Assembly (NCBI RefSeq): GCF_009914755.1
Contig: NC_060932.1
Source of the DNA: the human T2T-CHM13v2.0 reference genome, Homo sapiens
Length of the DNA: 64,000 nt
Direction: 5' to 3' (one strand)
The position numbers and the translations under genes are program-made. Numbering within the stretch: the stretch's first letter is position 1; the number at the start of each line of letters is the position of its first letter. A model generated the notes under the pieces. That model saw nothing but the letters and a program-made list of their open reading frames with translations. It ran no database searches and was not told where the DNA came from. This document shows, in pieces, positions 56,421 through 64,000 of the stretch.

Positions 56421-56540
56421 TAGCCAGGATGGTCTCGATCTCCTGATCTCGTGATCTGCCCGCCTCAGACCTCGTGATCCACCCGCCTCGGCCTCCCAAA
56501 GTGCTGGTATTACAGGTGTGAGCCACCGTGCCTGGCCAGT

Positions 56541-57482
<942 letters not shown>

Positions 57483-60400
57483 CCTCTCAGTTTTTACTTG
57501 TGTGGGAAAGACTTTATTTGTCCTTCAATTTTGAAGGATAGCTTTACTTAGTTTAATATTCTTGGCTGGCAGTTTTTTTTATTTCAGCACTGTAATATAT
57601 ATTATCCCATTCTCTCCTGACCTGTAAGTTTTTTTTTTTTTTTTTTAAACAGGAAATTCTCTTATAAGTGACTTGATGCTTTCCTTTTGCTGTTTTTAGA
57701 ATTCTCTCTGTGTTTGACTTTTGACAATTTGATTGTAATGTGCCTTGCAGAAGACCTTTTTGGTTTGAATCTTTTTTGGGATTACTGAACATCCTGTATC
57801 TGGATGTCTGTATCTCTTGCAAGACTTAAGAAATGTTTGACTGTTATTTTGCTAAATAGGTTTTCTGTGCCTCTTCCCTTCTCTTTCCTGAAACACCGAG
57901 AATTTATTTGGTCTGACTGGGTTATTTCAAAAGACCTGTCTTCAAGTTCAGAAAATCTTAGTTTTGCTTTATCTAGCGTACTTTTGAAGCTCTCAGTTGC
58001 ATTTTTAAATTTTATTCATTGAATTTTTCAGTTCCAGGATTTGTTTGGTTATTTTTCTATATCTATCTCTACTGACTGTCTTATTCAGATCATGAATTGT
58101 TTTCCTACTTTGTATTATCTGTGTTCTCTTGCAACTTGCTGAGTTTCCCTAAGATCATTATTTTGAATTCCTTTTCTGGCATTTTTATAGATTTCCTTTT
58201 CTTTTGAATCTGTTACTGGAGAATTATTGTGTCTCTTTGGAGGTATCAAATTTCCTTGCTTTTTCATGTTTCTTGTGTCCTTACATTGATATCTATTCAG
58301 CTAGTGGAAGAGTTGCTTCTTCCAATTTTATGGATTGGCTTTCATAAGGAAAGACTTTTTTGTAGGCATATCTGTAGTTTTGGTTGTGATTAGGATGTTT
58401 TGGCTTTGATTCTGGTGAGCACAGGAGTGTAGGCTCAATGATTTCTTCAGCTGTAACCAATGTAACTGGTGTCATGTAACCATGTCACTGTGAGTCCTCA
58501 GTGGCTTAAGTTGCCATTGTTAGCTGAGGCTGTTGTGAGGCTTTTCTGGGGAAAGGGATGCCAGAGGGGCCAGTCCCTGGGCCTTTTGGTGGCATGGGCA
58601 GGCTTTAGCTGTGGTGGCGATGGGCTGGGCATGCTAGTCCTCAGGACCCCAGCTGGTGTAAGTGCTGGTAGTGGGGGGCCCAGGTGGGCTGGTCCTCAAG
58701 CCCCCAGGCAGCATTTATGGTGCTGGCAGTGGCAGTAGCAGCAGTGGGCTAGACACTGGACTGTCAGGTGGCAATCATAGCTGTTGGCAGTAGCTGTGGC
58801 AGGATGAATGGGACAGTTTCTAGCCCCCTAGGTGATGCACTTGGGTGGGCACTGGTGGTAGGTGGGGCAGGCCTGTTCAGGCCTTGGGATTGTGTGCGTG
58901 GGCACCAGTGGTGTTGGATGGGGTGGGCCAGTCGTCAGGCCCCCCTACAGAGCATATAGGCACCAGTAGTGGCATGAGGGAAAGATAGCGCTGGAGAACA
59001 CTGGTGACAGTGGGTGGAGCAGGCCTGTCTTTAGGTTCTTGGATGGCACATATGGACATACTGGTCCTCAGGCCCCCTGAAGGTGCACACAGGCATGCTG
59101 TTGCCCTGCTGAGAGGGGCAAGGTTCTGTTGGTGGCATTGGTGTTGGGAAGATGGCTCCCAGGTTCTGGGAGCTTCAGCTCCCTTTTTCCTGGGGTAGCC
59201 TCCCTGGTGTGCTATACTGCCTGTTCCCTGGGATATAAGACACTTCATGGGTCAGAGTACTGGGGACCTGGCTGCACTGCTGGGTGATTGTGATACTGCA
59301 ACCTTCTGGATGGATGTGGGAGGATGTTCTTGGGGGTCCAGGGATGTGGACTGCAGGGGCTTATTGGACCCCAAGTGGGCAGGATATAATCTGGTGGGGG
59401 CTAGCCTCTTAAAATGGTGCTGTGCCACAGCAGCATGTTTCTTGGGATGTGAGTAGGATCCAGTGGAATTCCCTTTCTGGAAGAACGCATTTGCATGGAT
59501 TCCAGGCAGCTCCGTATACTGGACTCAGGGCCTGTGAAGGCTGACGGCATCCCCTGTGGGTGCCAGCATCTGTGCTGCGAATGTGGACCACTGCAGTTCT
59601 TTGACTTTTCTTTTCCCAGAAATGGGATTCCCCTCCTGCTTCTGAGCCAGTCCAAGACATGCTGGCTGCTTTATTTACTGCTCCCTTTGTGCCTCAGAAG
59701 TTCCCTGTTGAATAGTGTTCTGTCTTTGGTGCTCTACCTGACATGTGGTTAACTACTTGCTTTTTTGGTCCTTTGTTGTGCAGGAGTTGAGTGCCAGGCT
59801 CACGGTTTTTTGATTACCATAGTTTTGTAGTTTTTGAAATTCAGAAGTGTGAGACCTCCAACTTTTTCTTTTTCAAGATTATTTTGGCTGTTGAGTCAAT
59901 TATGATTCCATATGCATTTTAGATGGATTTTTCTATTTCTGGAATTGTGCCATTAGGAGTCTGATAGATACTGCATTGAATCTGTAGAGTGCTTTGGGTA
60001 GTATTGACATCTTCCCACTATTAAGTCTTCCAGTACATGAACACATGCATTTTCCTGATGACTAATGATGTTGTACCTTTTCATATGCTTATTGGCTATT
60101 TGTAGATCTTCCTGGGAGAAATGTCTATGCAGACTTTTTGCCAATTTTTTAATTTGTCCATTTAAAAATCAGGGTTTTTTTTGTTGTTGAGTTGTAGGAG
60201 TTCTTTTTGTATTCCTTATACTAGTCCCTTATCAGATATATGCTTTGCAGATATTTTCTCCCAGGTGGGTTGTCTTCACTTCCTTGGTAGTGTCTTTTAA
60301 TACACAAAGTTTTAAATTTTTATGAAGTCAAATGTATCTACATTTTTCTTTGGTTGCTCATGCTTTTGGTGTTGCATCTAAGAATCCACTGCCAAATCCA

Positions 60401-61495
60401 AGGTCATGAAGATTTACTCCTATGTTTTCTTCTAAGAATTTTATAGTTTTTGCTATTACATAAGGTCTTTGAGCCATTAAGATCTTTGACTTAACTTTTG
60501 TATATGATGTAAAGTCACTGTCAAACATCATTCTTTTGCATTTGGCTGTCCAGGTATCCCAGCATTATTTGTTGAAATGCCTACACTTCTTTATATTCCC
60601 TTGACTCCTCTAACCAAGGCAGTTGGACCTTTGCTACTACCACTGCCCTGAAACTGCTGTCACTGGGTTACTGAGGACTGGGTAGCTTAGTTGAGTAGAT
60701 AATCTTTTGTTGTTTCCTCCTTGTAATATACAAGCCTTGGCTTCTGTGACATCATACTCTCCTAGATTTCCCCCTGTCACTGTGGCTTCTTCTCAGTCTC
60801 TGTCCATCCCTGGTGCTCCTGAAGGTTCTGTTCTCAGCCTTACACACATTACCTGGGTGATCTCATTCTCTGCCATGACTTCACTTGCCATATATGTGCT
60901 GATTTTCCCCAAATTCCTATTTCTCCCGACCTTTACATCTATTTTATTTGCAGGTCATATATCTAATAAGGAATTGATATCCAGTGTACATGTAGAACTC
61001 CTGTAATTCAATACAGAAACCAAACAGTCCAATTAATAAATGGAGAAGAGATTTGAATGAACATTTTTCTAAAGAACATCTCAAGCTCAAGATTTCCCAG
61101 ATAACTTTTCTTTCTTCAAAATCTGCTTCTGTGTTTCCTCATCTGTAGGTGGCACAGCATACATCTGATTTCCCAAGCCAGAAACCTCATAGTTATTCTT
61201 GACTCCAGGAAGAAATATTATTGAGTTTTTAAAAACTCAGCTTATTGACTCATTGTTTTATATAATAAAATGCAACAGTTTTAAGTGTATATTTCAATGA
61301 GTTTTAATACATTTATGTACTTGTGTCACTATCCTCATAGATAGAGACAAAACATTTCTATCACACCGGCAATTTCCTATGTGTCCCATCCCAATCAATC
61401 CTTTCCCCTTTGCTGGCTCCAAACAATGACTCTTTCCTATCTTTTTAGAAAGATTAGAATTGCTTTTCTAGAGTTCCAGTAATGGAATCATACAG

Positions 61496-61884
61496 TGTCT
61501 AAGTCTGTTTGTGGTGCTGTAACAAAATACCTGAGACTGGGTAATTTATAAATTATAGGAATTTATTTCTCACAGTTCTGGATGCTGAAAAGTTTATGAT
61601 CAAGGCACTAGCAGGTTTGGTGTCTGAGGGCCCAGTTTCTAATTTGAAGATGGTGCTTTAAACACTGTCCTCACATGGTAGAAGGGGCAGATGGGCAAAA
61701 AAAAAAAAAAAAAAAAAGGGCAAATGCTGTGTGTAGCCCCTCTCATAAAGGGCTTAAGCTCATTCACCAGGGAAGAGCTCTCATGACCTAATCACCTCCA
61801 AAGACCCCACCTCTTAATACTATTGCATTGCAGATTAAGTTTCAACATGAATTTTGGAGGGATACAAATATTCACACCATAGAA
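61496..61884 (-). mobile_element. MaLR (MST-type) solo LTR inserted in L1M sequence
   Basis: AAAATACCTGAGACTGGGTAATTTATA ... CCCCACCTCTTAATACTATTGCATTG; imperfect 5-bp TSD TACAG/TATAG. Confidence 0.8.
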
Positions 61885-62627
61885 TATAGTAATATAGTAT
61901 AGTATATATTTTTTGTGTCTGTCTGCTTTTGCTCAGTGTAATGTTTTTGAGGTTCATCTATGTTGTTGCATGTATTAGTAGGTTGTATCTATTGGTGCAT
62001 AGTTATTCCATTGTATGTATGTACCACACTCTTCATTTACCTGCTGATGGATATTGCATTGTTTCCAGTTTTGGGTTATTATGAATAAAACTGCTGTTAA
62101 CCTTAAAATATAAGTCTTTGTGTAGACATATGTTTTCATTTGTCTTGAGCAAATACCTGATTGGTCAGATGGTCATATGTCAGTATATGTTTAATATCAT
62201 GTACTTCCAACTGTTTACCAAAGTAGTTGTGCCATTTTATTTTCCCACTAGCGATGTATGAGTTCCATTTGATCCACTTCTTTGCCAACACTTGTTATTT
62301 ATTTTAGCCCATTAAATTTTAGCTGTTTTAGTGGGTGTGATTAGTGTCTCAATGTAGGGTTTTTTTGTTTTTGTTGTTTTTTTTTGGATTGCCTTTCTCT
62401 ATTGCCCAGGCTTGAGTGCAGTGGCACAATCATAGCTCACTGCAGCCTCAATTTCCTAGACTCAAGTGATCCTTCCACCTCAGCCTCCCAAGTAGCAGTT
62501 AGAATCAAGGTTTCTTTCCATGTGGATATCCAATTGTTCCAGCATTATTTATTGACAAGATTATCCTTTCCTTCATTAAATTCCTTTGGCAGCTTGGTGA
62601 AAAACCAATGGGTGGGTTTATTTCTAG

Positions 62628-62774
<147 letters not shown>

Positions 62775-63385
62775 TGAGTAGCTGGGATTACAGGCATGCG
62801 CCACCACGCCCAGCTAATTTTTGTATTTTTAGTAGAGATGGGGTTTTACCGTGTTGGTCCGGCTGGTCTTGAACTCCTGACGTCGTGATCTGCCTGCCTT
62901 GGCCTCCCAAAGTGCTGGGATTAGAGGCATGAGCCACCACGCCTGGCACCTATCCTTTTTTAGTAAATCTTAACATCAGGTAGTTGTAAGACCTGCAAAT
63001 TCGTTATTTTTCACAATTGTTTTGGCCATTTTAGGTCCTTTGCATTTCCACATACATTTTTAGAATCAACTTGTCAATTTTAACAACAACAACAACAACA
63101 ACAAAACTCCTGGAACTTTGACTGGGATTGTATTGAACTTATAGATCAATCTGGGGAGAACTGGCATCTTAACAGTAATGATTCTTCCAATCTATGAACA
63201 CAGTATATCTCTCCAACTTTTTAGGTCTTAATTTTGTTAAATTGTTTGTAGTTTTCAGTGTTCTGGTCTTGTACCTGTTTTGTTAAATTTAAAAAATTCC
63301 CACTTTGGGAGGCTGAGGCAGGCAGATCACGAGGTCAGGAGTTCGAGACTAGGCTGGCCAAAATAGTGAAACCCCATCTCTACTA

Positions 63386-63547
<162 letters not shown>

Positions 63548-64000
63548 TCAAAAAAAAAAAAAAATTCCATCATAAAAGAAAAAAAATTCAATTGTAAATT
63601 CCAGTTTTTTCAGTGTCAACATCCAGTTGTTTATGTCCAGAAAATAAAAATACAATTGATTTTTGTATACTGACTTTGAATTCTGTGACCTTGCCAAACT
63701 CATGAGTTCTAGTAGCTTTTTGATGGGTAGATTCCTTAAGATATTCCACATGTACAATCAGGCCATCTTTGAATGGAGCCAGTTTGTTTGCTTTTATATT
63801 TCTTTGCCTTATTGTGTATCCTTGCTTTGTTCTTGATCCACAGGGGGAAGCATTTGGTCTTTGCAAGTGTCAGGTTAGGTTTTTTGGAGATGCCTTTATC
63901 ATACTAAGGAAGTTCCCTCTTTTTCTAGTTGCTGAGAGTTGAATAGGTGTTGAATCTGTTGATCACATGGGGCCATATGACTTGCTCTGGCCAGAGAAAC

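Overview
Human/primate genomic DNA, very Alu-rich. It holds the last six coding exons and 3' UTR of FNTA (farnesyl/geranylgeranyl-transferase alpha subunit, + strand) and, about 7.7 kb downstream on the same strand, the whole POMK (SGK196, protein O-mannose kinase) gene: CpG-island promoter, three non-coding leader exons and two coding exons giving 350 aa. The rest is interspersed repeats: dozens of Alus, a near full-length Tigger1, MER20/MER33/MER5A, old L1M/L2, ERV1 internal sequence, and LTR7 and other solo LTRs. I see no wholly new biological system. Best second-look items: (1) a FAM9/SYCP3-like processed pseudogene that appears intermediate between SYCP3 and FAM9B/C; (2) two L1PA 5' halves from different subfamilies fused convergently into a ~1.7 kb-arm inverted repeat in POMK intron 4; (3) four upstream AUGs in the POMK leader, one opening a 109-aa out-of-frame overlapping ORF; (4) a U1 retrocopy keeping a 3'-box-like extension; (5) a 5S rRNA fragment split by a solo LTR. 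Repeat family names and protein comparisons come from recalled consensus sequences, not searches.
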